Below are positions 49,320 to 58,322 of a stretch of 64,000 nucleotides of DNA, piece after piece. A program made the translations under genes and the position numbers. Where the stretch lies: the NCBI GenBank assembly GCA_027486675.1, contig JAIXOQ010000017.1:188231-252230 (forward strand), in the 5' to 3' direction. Below the pieces are notes generated by a model. The model saw nothing but the letters and a program-made list of their open reading frames with translations, was not told where the DNA came from and did no database searches. This stretch comes from Pseudomonadota bacterium. Lineage in GTDB: Bacteria; Bdellovibrionota; UBA1018; CAIMNF01. Within the stretch, counting starts at the first letter, position 1; the number at the start of each line of letters is the position of its first letter.

Positions 49320-50038
49320 GTCCAAGTTCCATCTTGATAGGTATGAACTTCATACATTTGCCCAAAGAGCCAAGGTAACGCGGCCGATCCGGGCGGCATC
49401 ACTCTTTCAGAAGCGAGTCGCACTTGATCCACCCAGAAAGAGGGCATCCGAAGTTGATAGGGTACGCGCTGAAGCTCCCCTACGTGACAAAGCAAAGCAC
49501 GGGTCAGGACCTGCGCTTGGGCTTCAGTGATCTCCACGGCTAAATTGACCTGCGGAGAATCACGCCAGAAGCCGCCTTTAATCCAAGTGGTTTTACCTAA
49601 ATTTGGGACTTCTTCCAGGGCTTTCTTAAGCACTGTGTAAGTCGCCGAATGGGTTGGGTGCTGATCGCCAAAATGCGGACTCACGATCAAATCTGGGCGA
49701 ATATTCTGTAAGGCGTCGTTTAAAGTTTTGTCCTGACAGAGGGTAAAGCCCAAGATCTTAAGACTTTCGCTCAACTCACCCATCCGTCCTTCCTGACGCT
49801 TTTCATCGCTCCCTAAGCTAAACGGATAGACAAAGACCTTGGAGCGATGCTCCTGCGACAAGCGAAACGCGATGGCACCGAGCGTGACTTCATCATCCGG
49901 GTGTGGAATCACCAGGAGGACAACTTTGGGCATAAGATAGGAAGGGGACCTAGGACCCACTTTTGCCAAAGTCCCGCCCACTGGAAGTAGTCCCTGATGC
50001 AGAACGATAAATTGATCTAAAAATTGTAGAGAGTCCAT
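49259..50038 (-). CDS. PIG-L/LmbE family deacetylase
   Basis: 'IPHPDDE' and 'PH..DQHPTH' zinc-binding motifs. Confidence 0.88.
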   Translation of the reverse strand: MDSLQFLDQFIVLHQGLLPVGGTLAKVGPRSPSYLMPKVVLLVIPHPDDEVTLGAIAFRLSQEHRSKVFVYPFSLGSDEKRQEGRMGELSESLKILGFTLCQDKTLNDALQNIRPDLIVSPHFGDQHPTHSATYTVLKKALEEVPNLGKTTWIKGGFWRDSPQVNLAVEITEAQAQVLTRALLCHVGELQRVPYQLRMPSFWVDQVRLASERVMPPGSAALPWLFGQMYEVHTYQDGTWTYCAPELWPRDASGAASASK

Positions 50039-50132
50039 GAAGCGAGTGTCGCACGGGTCAGGGCAAGCAGCAGCACCCGCGGATAAAAAACAAAGCTTGA
50101 GTTCCGACGGCGAGCTTCAGAAGCTTAGAATC

Positions 50133-50864
50133 ATGAGTAGCGTAAAAGCGATCACCTTTGATCTCGATGGCACTTTGATGCACTCAGGCAACTGGACCAC
50201 ATCGAGCGCCTTTGTTTTTGGCTTTGTCCGTGCCTATGGCGCAAGGATTGGTAACCGAAAAGCGCTCACACTTCTGAAACGGATCAATCGCACACTTCGC
50301 CCGGGGCTAAAGGCGGAAGAAACCAACGAGATCCGCGTGCTTAAGATCTTCATGGAAGAACTCTCACTTCCCTCATTAGAGGAGACGAGTTCGGACGCCA
50401 TTCGGACCTTAGGTGCACTTTTTCACAAAATCAAACGCCACTTCCGACCCGAAAAAGAAATGCGCCTGATCTTAGACTCTCTTCCTGCGCATATTCGCGT
50501 TGCACTCGCCACAAATCCTGCCTGGGCGCGCCCGCTTGTAGAGATCAGAATGTCTTTTGGTTCGGTAGATCCATCGCGATTCGAGTTCATCACCACGGCT
50601 GAAAACTCTTATACCCTGAAGCCAGACCCGCTCTATTACGCAGGATTAGTGCAAAAACTGGACTTGAAGGCTGATGAAATCCTCCACATCGGCAATGAAG
50701 TCGAGAACGACGGCAATGCTCGTCTAGTCGGGATTAAAACATTCATCTTAGACAAAAAGGCTCGTCGCCTCACCCGCATACCGGCAAGCGGTGTATACCT
50801 AGCACCCTTGTGGCTAGGCTCGATCGATCATCTTAAGGGTTTCTTAAAAAGCGAGCTCGCTTAA
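50133..50864 (+). CDS. HAD family hydrolase
   Basis: 'FDLDGTL', 'LATN', 'KP', 'IGNEVEND'. Confidence 0.9.
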   Translation: MSSVKAITFDLDGTLMHSGNWTTSSAFVFGFVRAYGARIGNRKALTLLKRINRTLRPGLKAEETNEIRVLKIFMEELSLPSLEETSSDAIRTLGALFHKIKRHFRPEKEMRLILDSLPAHIRVALATNPAWARPLVEIRMSFGSVDPSRFEFITTAENSYTLKPDPLYYAGLVQKLDLKADEILHIGNEVENDGNARLVGIKTFILDKKARRLTRIPASGVYLAPLWLGSIDHLKGFLKSELA

Positions 50865-51157
50865 GCAGCGATTTTTGCGCCGCGTTGCTTCAAGATTTTA
50901 TTCTTGATCTGCTTCACGCGAACGGACGTCGCATCTGCGCGAGCTTTCATAATTGCAGCAGTGATACCGCCCAATTTATCAATCGTGCGGATGGCGCGAG
51001 TTGAAAGCTTAAAGTTCACGGTCTGAGCCAACTCAGGGATGGTGTACTTTTTGTCCTTCAAATTAGGCAACCACTTGGTGCGTGTCTTGCGGTTGGAGTG
51101 AGAAACCTTGTTTCCTGAGAAAGTTTTAATTCCAGTGAGTTCACATACGCGCGACAT
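50861..51157 (-). CDS. rpmB: 50S ribosomal protein L28
   Basis: 'MSRVCELTG...GNKVSHSNRKTR..WLPN'. Confidence 0.96.
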   Translation of the reverse strand: MSRVCELTGIKTFSGNKVSHSNRKTRTKWLPNLKDKKYTIPELAQTVNFKLSTRAIRTIDKLGGITAAIMKARADATSVRVKQIKNKILKQRGAKIAA

Positions 51158-51257
51158 AATCAAAATCCTTTACCTGTACTTAAACAAAAAATAAATTGTT
51201 GTTTTGAATGGTCTAGTTAACCGCTAGTGTGATGGAAACGCAAAGGTTTTTCACAAT

Positions 51258-53123
51258 ATGAATCTCGATCTAAGAAACATCTGTATCATTGCACACGTCG
51301 ACCACGGTAAAACTACCCTCGTTGATCACCTCCTCCGTCAAAGCGGCACATTCGCGGAACACCAAGCGCTCAGCGAGCGCGTAATGGATTCCATGGATCT
51401 TGAGCGTGAACGCGGAATCACGATTATGGCTAAAAATACTGCCATTAAAGTGGGATCAACCAAGGTGAACATCGTAGACACCCCTGGCCACGCCGATTTC
51501 GGCGGCGAAGTGGAACGTATCTTGGGCATGGTTGACGGCTCTCTCCTCCTGGTGGATGCCGCTGAAGGCCCATTGCCACAAACACGATTTGTGCTGCAAA
51601 AATCCTTGGCCTACGGTCACCGCGTGATCGTCGTTGTCAACAAAGTGGACCGTCCAGAATGTTCTGACGGCCTGCGCACCAAGGAAGTAGTGAATCAAAT
51701 TTTTGATCTCTTCATCGAACTCGGTGCGACCGAAGTACAAGCGGATTTCACAATTGTCTATGCCTGCGCCCGCGAAGGCTGGTGCACATTGGATGAAACT
51801 GAGATCCCAAAACTCATTTCTAAAGAAGTGAAAGGTACACTGAAACCCCTCTTTGATTTGATTTTGAAGGAAGTGTCTAAGCCAGTCGTCGCAGAAGGCA
51901 CAGACTTCCAGATGCTCGTATCAAATCTCTCTTACTCGGACTATGTTGGCCGACTAGCGATCGGGAAGATTCTGCGTGGCACGGCGAAAAAAGGCATGCG
52001 AATGACCCGTCAGGGTGATGGAGTGAATGAGGCTTTTGTTCTCACCAACGTACAAACTTATTTAGGCCTTAGGTCTGTCGAAGTTGATGAGGTCGTAGCG
52101 GGTGACATTGGAACTCTCGCCGGTTGTGAGACCGTGCAAATCGGAGACACCATTGCGTCCAATGCTGCAATCCCTGCATTGCCTCGAATTAAAGTAGAAC
52201 CACCCACGCTTGCGATGGTTTTCTCAGTCAATACCTCTCCCCTTTCTGGAAAAGAAGGGGAAGCAATCCAATCGAGAAAACTTCGGGATCGTCTTCAACG
52301 CGAGGTCCGTAACAACGTGGCCCTTCGATTTCAGGATACGGATCTTCCCGATCAATTTCGTGTCCTTGGCCGTGGCGAACTTCAGTTCGCAATCTTAATT
52401 GAACAAATGCGCCGAGAAGGTTTTGAGTTCATGGTCGGGAAACCGATCGTGCTTTACCAAACCGCAGAGGATGGATCGAGGTTAGAACCGATTGAAATTG
52501 CAGTTCTTGACCTTCCGGAAGTCAGCGCAAGTGAAGTGACTCGACTTTTCCAAGAACGAAAAGGGCTTCTTGTGAAGTACGAGGCACAATCGGTTGAAAG
52601 TGCAAACCCACGGGTTCGCCTTGAATTTGAGATCCCCTCCCGTGGCTTGTTGGGCATGCGTTCTCGGTACCTCACCGCTACCCGGGGTGATGGGCTCATG
52701 AGTTCATATATTAAGTCTTACGAACCTCACAAAGGGGAGATCCTCCACCGCCAAAACGGTGCGATGGTTTGTGACCGTGCGGGCGATGCGGTGGAATATG
52801 CGCTGCTCAACTTGGAAGACCGGGGCGTTCTTTTCATTAAGCCGGGTGCAACTCTTTACGAAGGAATGGTTGTGGGCGAACACGCAAAAGAAAACGATCT
52901 CAACATCAATCCATGTAAAGAAAAGAAGCTCACGAACATTCGTTCAGCACACGCAGAGGTGCTTGTGACACTTGCCGGGATTCGTGACATGGGGCTTGAG
53001 CGAAGTTTAGAGTGGATTGACGAGGATGAATGGATTGAAGTCACGCCTCAGAATGTAAGAATTCGTAAGAAAGTTTTATCGACAAATCTACGAAGCGTAA
53101 AACGCGCCGAGCGGGTCAATTAG
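51258..53123 (+). CDS. typA: Translational GTPase TypA/BipA
   Basis: 'IAHVDHGKTTL', 'RGITI.AK', 'DTPGHADFGGEVER', 'GRGEL', 'EVTP'. Confidence 0.97.
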   Translation: MNLDLRNICIIAHVDHGKTTLVDHLLRQSGTFAEHQALSERVMDSMDLERERGITIMAKNTAIKVGSTKVNIVDTPGHADFGGEVERILGMVDGSLLLVDAAEGPLPQTRFVLQKSLAYGHRVIVVVNKVDRPECSDGLRTKEVVNQIFDLFIELGATEVQADFTIVYACAREGWCTLDETEIPKLISKEVKGTLKPLFDLILKEVSKPVVAEGTDFQMLVSNLSYSDYVGRLAIGKILRGTAKKGMRMTRQGDGVNEAFVLTNVQTYLGLRSVEVDEVVAGDIGTLAGCETVQIGDTIASNAAIPALPRIKVEPPTLAMVFSVNTSPLSGKEGEAIQSRKLRDRLQREVRNNVALRFQDTDLPDQFRVLGRGELQFAILIEQMRREGFEFMVGKPIVLYQTAEDGSRLEPIEIAVLDLPEVSASEVTRLFQERKGLLVKYEAQSVESANPRVRLEFEIPSRGLLGMRSRYLTATRGDGLMSSYIKSYEPHKGEILHRQNGAMVCDRAGDAVEYALLNLEDRGVLFIKPGATLYEGMVVGEHAKENDLNINPCKEKKLTNIRSAHAEVLVTLAGIRDMGLERSLEWIDEDEWIEVTPQNVRIRKKVLSTNLRSVKRAERVN

Positions 53124-53140
53124 TCGATCATCTCGTCATT

Positions 53141-54217
53141 TTAATCATGGTCAAATCCGCAGCTGAATGAGGCTGCAGCGTTGGTCTGATGCGTGAAAGC
53201 TGAAGAGGGGGAGTATTGGTCTTTGTAGCTCATTTGGGTTATGAGCTGAGGTTTCAGTTCATAAAGCTTTAGAGCAAAAGCATTCAGGTCCTTTTGCTTA
53301 TTCAGATATTCGTCACTCACAGCGGCAAGTACTTCTGCCGAAAAACCTGTGTGAAGAATGGGCCATGCAGCAAGTGCCTCGTCCAGCTTCGCAAGGGTAT
53401 AATACCAGTGGCTTCCTAAACTGCTTTTTGCAACGTGAGTGATCTCAGCATTTGCTACCCTCGAGAGCAGTTCATAACCGATGACTGCCTCTTCAAGATG
53501 GCCGGCCACCAGCAGCCGCCAATACAGCCCTTGCGCTCGCCTTGCATGCTGGATGGTGGAATCCGACGATTGGGAACTTGCTTGGGAAGTGTTCAGAGCT
53601 TCTAAACTGTCCTTAAGCTGCGCACTAAGATCACTACTATCCTCATTTCCGGACCGACTTCTGAACAAATGATGAAAATACTCGTGCACTAGATCTAGAC
53701 GAGAAATGTCTTCACGCACAAAAATATGAGGGGAGCCTTGATAGTTTGACTCGTAAAGTCCGAGCAGAGCAGAACTCACCTTGCTGTCCTTTTGACGACT
53801 TTGCTCCCGCTTCACTACTTCAACCCAATTTTTCAACATCAACTCATCGGCTGCTGGAATGAGCCTTGCCATGGGTCTGCAATTATCCTGAGCCCCAGGA
53901 GTAGCAAATAATTTGACCCCCGCTTTCTGGATGAACTCGGTAGTCGCTGCTAGCGAGGTAGTCTTCAGAGCATTGAGGTGCTCTTGGTTAAAACGCTTAC
54001 CAAAGTCTGCAGTGACCAGACTAATGGCATCGAGCTTCGAGGGATCAAACGGATCTCCCTCAGTGGGGGGAACTTCACAGCTGGAAGCCGCGATACTTTT
54101 GCTGTTCAAGACGATCAAAACATCGGCCTTTTCCTTCTTTGCACCGCAGGCGGAGAGGGAGAGAAGGATCAAGAAAGCTTGACCGAGGGATCGGAGTGAA
54201 AACGTCGCAAAAAGCAC
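53141..54217 (-). CDS. Lipoprotein with HExxH zincin-like motif
   Basis: Lipobox LSA-C; 'LVHEYFHH' and downstream 'HLEE'. Confidence 0.65.
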   Translation of the reverse strand: MLFATFSLRSLGQAFLILLSLSACGAKKEKADVLIVLNSKSIAASSCEVPPTEGDPFDPSKLDAISLVTADFGKRFNQEHLNALKTTSLAATTEFIQKAGVKLFATPGAQDNCRPMARLIPAADELMLKNWVEVVKREQSRQKDSKVSSALLGLYESNYQGSPHIFVREDISRLDLVHEYFHHLFRSRSGNEDSSDLSAQLKDSLEALNTSQASSQSSDSTIQHARRAQGLYWRLLVAGHLEEAVIGYELLSRVANAEITHVAKSSLGSHWYYTLAKLDEALAAWPILHTGFSAEVLAAVSDEYLNKQKDLNAFALKLYELKPQLITQMSYKDQYSPSSAFTHQTNAAASFSCGFDHD

Positions 54218-54420
54218 GCTTTACCATACCAAAAAAGGCAGGGATTGTCGAATTCAAAGCGTCAGAAGGGGGTATTTTTGGGGGGTTAAAAGTAAACTGG
54301 AGCGGTCAATAAAATGGACATGGTTGATATGTCGGCGAATTCTATTTTGAATCGAAGGGAATACAGTTGGCTCGGTTCCATAAGGTCTAAATGGCCTCGT
54401 TTGCTGAGCAACACACAATT

Positions 54421-57180
54421 TTAGCGCAACGTAGGATAGCCAGCTGCAGGGGGATTCCAAATGTTTGTGAAATCAAAGTTTGTGAATGTGCCCTGAACCC
54501 GCATTTGGGCGGTAGTTCTGCCTAAGCACTGGGTTGTGGTTCCTGCGATTGAAAGATCGGAGTCAAAGAAGCAATCGCCACCAGAAACCACAGAGTTGGC
54601 AATGATCGCATCCGCGATTGCACCGCCTCCGCCCGTGGCTTGTACTGCGCCCGTGAAAAACACTCGTTCTAACTTAATGAGATTTACGCCGGCAATACCA
54701 CCCGCAGCGCCTCCTGAATCTAAAGCCCGCACGTCACCCGCGATGTTTGAGTCATAGATCTCGAAGGCGCCGCCTACTCCAATGGCGCCGCCAATTTCAG
54801 TTCCGCCAGTAACATCAACCGTAGAGGTGCTTTTTTCAATCCGAGCACCAATCTGGGCTGTGACATTTCCAATCCATGCTCCCATCTTTGAAGAGCCTCC
54901 CCCAAGAGTGATGCGTCCGCTTGTATTGATATTTTCCATGCTGACATCGTCGGTGGCAGTAAATCGAGCAAAAGAACCAATCATCCCGCCAACATTATGC
55001 GCATTGGAGGCGCCATCGTTCAGATCTAGATTGATGGAAATATTTTGGAGGGTGATCGGTGCCCCTGAAGCGACTTCGCTAATGAGACCACCGAAACCTG
55101 CCATAACGGTATTACCCTCAATAAATTCACGCACATCTGAAATCTGTCCGCCAATCATTCTATTGATAAAGCCCGTGGGTAAACCTCGAGTGAACAGATT
55201 TGAGACGAAAATGTTCTCAATGACTCCGGCATCAAAGTTGCTAATCACTGCGTCAATGTTGCTCAGTCCTGCAAAGTGAATGTTCTTTAGCACCGCAGTT
55301 GGGTCACTCATCTGATTGATGTAAGCAGAACCAGCTGACCCACTGATCAAAAAGTGATCTCCTTCAAAGATACCGTTCATAGCGCTTATAGGTGTATCTC
55401 CAAAAAAGTAGATATCTCGATTCAGCTTCGCATAGACACCTGTGGTCAGTGCAACAGCACTCAGTTGGCTCGGACTACAGAAAAGATACGGATCTCCAAG
55501 AGTCCCCGAACCGAGCGGCGCCATACCTCGATTGCAACGCGTGTGATTCGTCACAAGGTCTCTGGGTCTTAATGTCGGCGGCGCCATTCCCGAAACCGTC
55601 CAAGTCTGCTGATCTTCATAGTTAAAGAATATCGCCGCATCCTGCATTTCTGCAGTTGTTATTGCCCGCCCGCCGCCGACGGAGGTTGTGGTTCCTGCGC
55701 GTGTAGAATCGAAGTAAGAGGCGTAGACGGAAGCTGAACCGCCTGCACCGATGAGTCCATTTGGTGTCGCTCCTGCGAGCACTCCGGTAGAAAAACTATG
55801 TGCGACATTCGTGTTGCCTGATTGTGATCCAATAAGACCTGCAGGAGATCCATTTGTCGCAGTGACTTGGCCTGAGTTGTAGCTATTTACTATTGCCAGG
55901 TCACCGGTCCCATCACCCATGAGCCCACCGATCGCACCTGTATCCGTCGAAAGAGCACCTGAATTCACAGACCTGGTGATGAGTGTTTTTGGGGTGGTAA
56001 TACCGATAATGCCAGCGACTGTAGCATTTCCCGTGGAAGTAATTGTACCGCTGTTCACCACGCTGAGGAATCGGCTTCCATAATTATTGCCCGAAGTGAA
56101 CCCGGCTCCCGCAATTCCTCCTAATGAAGTTGCAATCCCACCGTCTGTCAGTGACGCATTGTTCGTACACTCAAGAAAGTCTGTATCTACTGTCTCCGCA
56201 ACGATGCCCCCCAGGTTGCCGCCGCTGGCTCCGCCACTGATGCTGCCGTCGACGGTCACTCCTACAAATTCAGTACTCTGGGTAGAGGACACAGCAACAC
56301 CCCCTGCGCTGCTGAGCGCAGTGATCGTGAGTCCTGTCGCGGAAACATTTTTAATCAATGCCTCTGTTGCAACGTTCATCAAGGATGCCCCGACAGAAAA
56401 CGAATTGATGCTCACATCGCTGATTTGCACATCTTGAATATCCCCTGATTGAAACTGAGAAAGTCCGCCAGTCACTGGATTTCCTTCAAGCTCTGTATCG
56501 CGAATCTGGTAATTCGAAACAGTGCAAGACGAGCAGGTGCCACCGGCAAGTGCATACACTGCGGAACTGCTGGCGACTGAAATATCTTCGATGGTTATAT
56601 TGGTAAGTACCGCGGCGCCGCCGCCAAACTGCCCAATGAGACCACCGAAGAATTGATTATTTAAAGTTGCAGTAGAATCCCGAAGTGTGATGTCAGAGAG
56701 GTTTACACTTGCGCCATCACAAATCAGAAAAGATGCCGAAAGACCTGAAACACCTAAGTTCACGACCGAAAAATCTTCAATCACTAGATCATGAATGGAA
56801 GCGCCGGTCGCAGACGTAATCAGACAAGAGTCGGCCGAAAAATTTCGCATCGTATAGCCCGCACCATCTAAGTCCCCCGTCAGAGTCGGAACGGTCGTCG
56901 CAGCACTAAGATCGACGTTCGCCTTCAGTTTAAAGTAAGCGCTCGGATTATCCCCTATTCTTGAAAATTGGCCTGCAGTGCAAATCAAATAGGGATCGGA
57001 CAAGGTCCCGGTTCCCGATTCGTAAGGAAGCTTAGACATGCATTCGGTTTCAACGGTCTCTGATGCGGGAACGAATGGAAGCGGCGGGCCGGTGCGGATC
57101 ACAAATGCGCAGCCGAAGAGCCATGGGACTGCAATTGCAGTCAGAAAGTTTCGGGCTCGGGGTAGGCAGGATCGCATCAA
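54421..57180 (-). CDS. Large surface lipoprotein with two tandem GLUG-type beta-helix modules
   Basis: Lipobox LFG-C; two 'GT..DPYL.C...Q' starts; many 'GG(L/I)(I/V/A)G' repeats; two 'TTA.M....F.N....W......PTLR' ends. Confidence 0.8.
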   Translation of the reverse strand: MMRSCLPRARNFLTAIAVPWLFGCAFVIRTGPPLPFVPASETVETECMSKLPYESGTGTLSDPYLICTAGQFSRIGDNPSAYFKLKANVDLSAATTVPTLTGDLDGAGYTMRNFSADSCLITSATGASIHDLVIEDFSVVNLGVSGLSASFLICDGASVNLSDITLRDSTATLNNQFFGGLIGQFGGGAAVLTNITIEDISVASSSAVYALAGGTCSSCTVSNYQIRDTELEGNPVTGGLSQFQSGDIQDVQISDVSINSFSVGASLMNVATEALIKNVSATGLTITALSSAGGVAVSSTQSTEFVGVTVDGSISGGASGGNLGGIVAETVDTDFLECTNNASLTDGGIATSLGGIAGAGFTSGNNYGSRFLSVVNSGTITSTGNATVAGIIGITTPKTLITRSVNSGALSTDTGAIGGLMGDGTGDLAIVNSYNSGQVTATNGSPAGLIGSQSGNTNVAHSFSTGVLAGATPNGLIGAGGSASVYASYFDSTRAGTTTSVGGGRAITTAEMQDAAIFFNYEDQQTWTVSGMAPPTLRPRDLVTNHTRCNRGMAPLGSGTLGDPYLFCSPSQLSAVALTTGVYAKLNRDIYFFGDTPISAMNGIFEGDHFLISGSAGSAYINQMSDPTAVLKNIHFAGLSNIDAVISNFDAGVIENIFVSNLFTRGLPTGFINRMIGGQISDVREFIEGNTVMAGFGGLISEVASGAPITLQNISINLDLNDGASNAHNVGGMIGSFARFTATDDVSMENINTSGRITLGGGSSKMGAWIGNVTAQIGARIEKSTSTVDVTGGTEIGGAIGVGGAFEIYDSNIAGDVRALDSGGAAGGIAGVNLIKLERVFFTGAVQATGGGGAIADAIIANSVVSGGDCFFDSDLSIAGTTTQCLGRTTAQMRVQGTFTNFDFTNIWNPPAAGYPTLR

Positions 57181-57185
57181 CAGAC

Positions 57186-57213
57186 TGTTCGGTCTTTTGG
57201 GCTACCCCCCTGA
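57186..57213 (-). promoter_or_regulatory. Putative sigma28-type promoter of the GLUG protein gene
   Basis: Minus strand TCAG-N16-ACCGAACA just upstream of the start. Confidence 0.35.
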
Positions 57214-57256
57214 GGCCTGGCAAAGCAACAAAAGTTTGACGGCTTAGGCGAACTTG

Positions 57257-57445
57257 CCGCCAGGACCGATCCCGATTTCAAGATGAAGCTGAAATCTGAT
57301 CCTCTCGTTATGGCGGGTGCGCAGCGCACGGGCAGTCCCTGACTCTAGGGACCTGCGTCTCTCGGTGCCTCTGACCACGCTTTTTCACTGAGACCATGCA
57401 TACGATCAGCCCGAATTGTGCCGCGCGGTGAGTCATTTTTGGGCT
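57257..57445. other. Multi-hairpin intergenic region (candidate ncRNA or repeat element)
   Basis: Five consecutive stems: 57257-57316, 57317-57329, 57332-57356, 57360-57393, 57408-57445. Confidence 0.45.
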
Positions 57446-57699
57446 TAGCTCGCGACTTTAGCCGGTCTTAGGCCATAATCGATTGCAGCCTTTAAATTAT
57501 GCGCCGGACATAAATGGCGTAGGTTTTTGAGCTCTGTTTTACCTCCCAGTGCAAGCGGTGCTCGGTGATCGACCTGCAAATGAGCGCGCGACGAGCAGCG
57601 AATATCAGTGAGTGGCGAAATATATTCACACTGCCCGTTAGACCGCGCATGAATCTGGCGTTTAAAGTGAAGTGGGATAGAGCGTAAGGTAAAGGGCAT
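57445..57699 (-). CDS. HNH endonuclease domain, probably the C-terminal remnant of a larger gene
   Basis: 'RSIP...KRQI..R..GQCEY......RC.....QVDHRAPLALGG....NLRHLCPAHN'; frame is open about 30 codons upstream without a start codon. Confidence 0.8.
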   Translation of the reverse strand: MPFTLRSIPLHFKRQIHARSNGQCEYISPLTDIRCSSRAHLQVDHRAPLALGGKTELKNLRHLCPAHNLKAAIDYGLRPAKVAS

Positions 57700-58039
57700 T
57701 TTCCCGGCCAGTCGGGTTTTTAGGTTTTCAGTCGGGGTTACGTTTGACTCCGTCTTCCCAAGACTTCGCTCTCTCCTTTCGGATTTTAAGAATTAAGTAA
57801 AGTAACTTCATTCCTTTTTCATCCAAGAAAATTTTCACCTCCGTGTGCGTGGCTGTCGCAACCCGGGTGGATTCTTTCAGCCTAGGCGCTTAATGGGCTG
57901 AGGCCTACATCGCATTCATAAACCTCCTAGAAAAAGTGGCATGACGGTAGCCGGAAAGATTGCATCGCAATGGAGTGGCGCTTTCCTATCCAGACAGGTT
58001 GAGACCCAGAGCTTGCAGATGATCCTTGCAATGGAACCT

Positions 58040-58155
58040 TTGAAATTCCAAATTGGAATGTCAAAAAAAGTGGCCGTGGCGGTCGAAGAACGCTGCCATT
58101 CGCATTTACTCAAGAGGGGGTTGCTATGATCTCCAGTGTCTTGCGGAGCAAATGA
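58040..58155 (+). pseudogene. Frameshifted ORF6N (phage antirepressor-type DNA-binding) domain fragment
   Basis: LKFQIGMSK, shift in the A7 run at 58063-58069, then SGRGGRRTLPFAFTQEGVAMISSVLRSK*, matching the ORF6N 'GG.R..P.AFTE.GVAMLSSVL.S' signature. Confidence 0.8.
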
Positions 58156-58322
58156 AGGGGCTCAGCCAATAACAACTGAACTGAGAATCCGAACCTGGCA
58201 AGTACCGTGATCGCGCCTGGCTCCAAACAATCAATACAACCCATTGAACCCTCATTCCCTCTCCCAGCGATTTTCAGATTTCAAGGGCGGGGTGCGCTCT
58301 AACTTTGATAATTTAAAAGCTT

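Noticed and set aside
57317..57445. Group II intron 5' end (GTGCG) or TPP/glycine/c-di-GMP riboswitch
   Set aside because: GTGCG is part of a small palindrome, with no domain V or RT; CTGAGA is present but the TPP ACCTGAT core is not; glycine and GEMM consensus elements were not found.
57445..57699. IscB/Cas9-like RNA-guided nuclease
   Set aside because: Only 84 aa, no RuvC or PLMP motifs and no array; retained only as an HNH-plus-structure candidate.
57941..58129. 62-aa ORF as a real gene
   Set aside because: Only its middle matches ORF6N and the similarity continues in another frame; treated as a pseudogene fragment.
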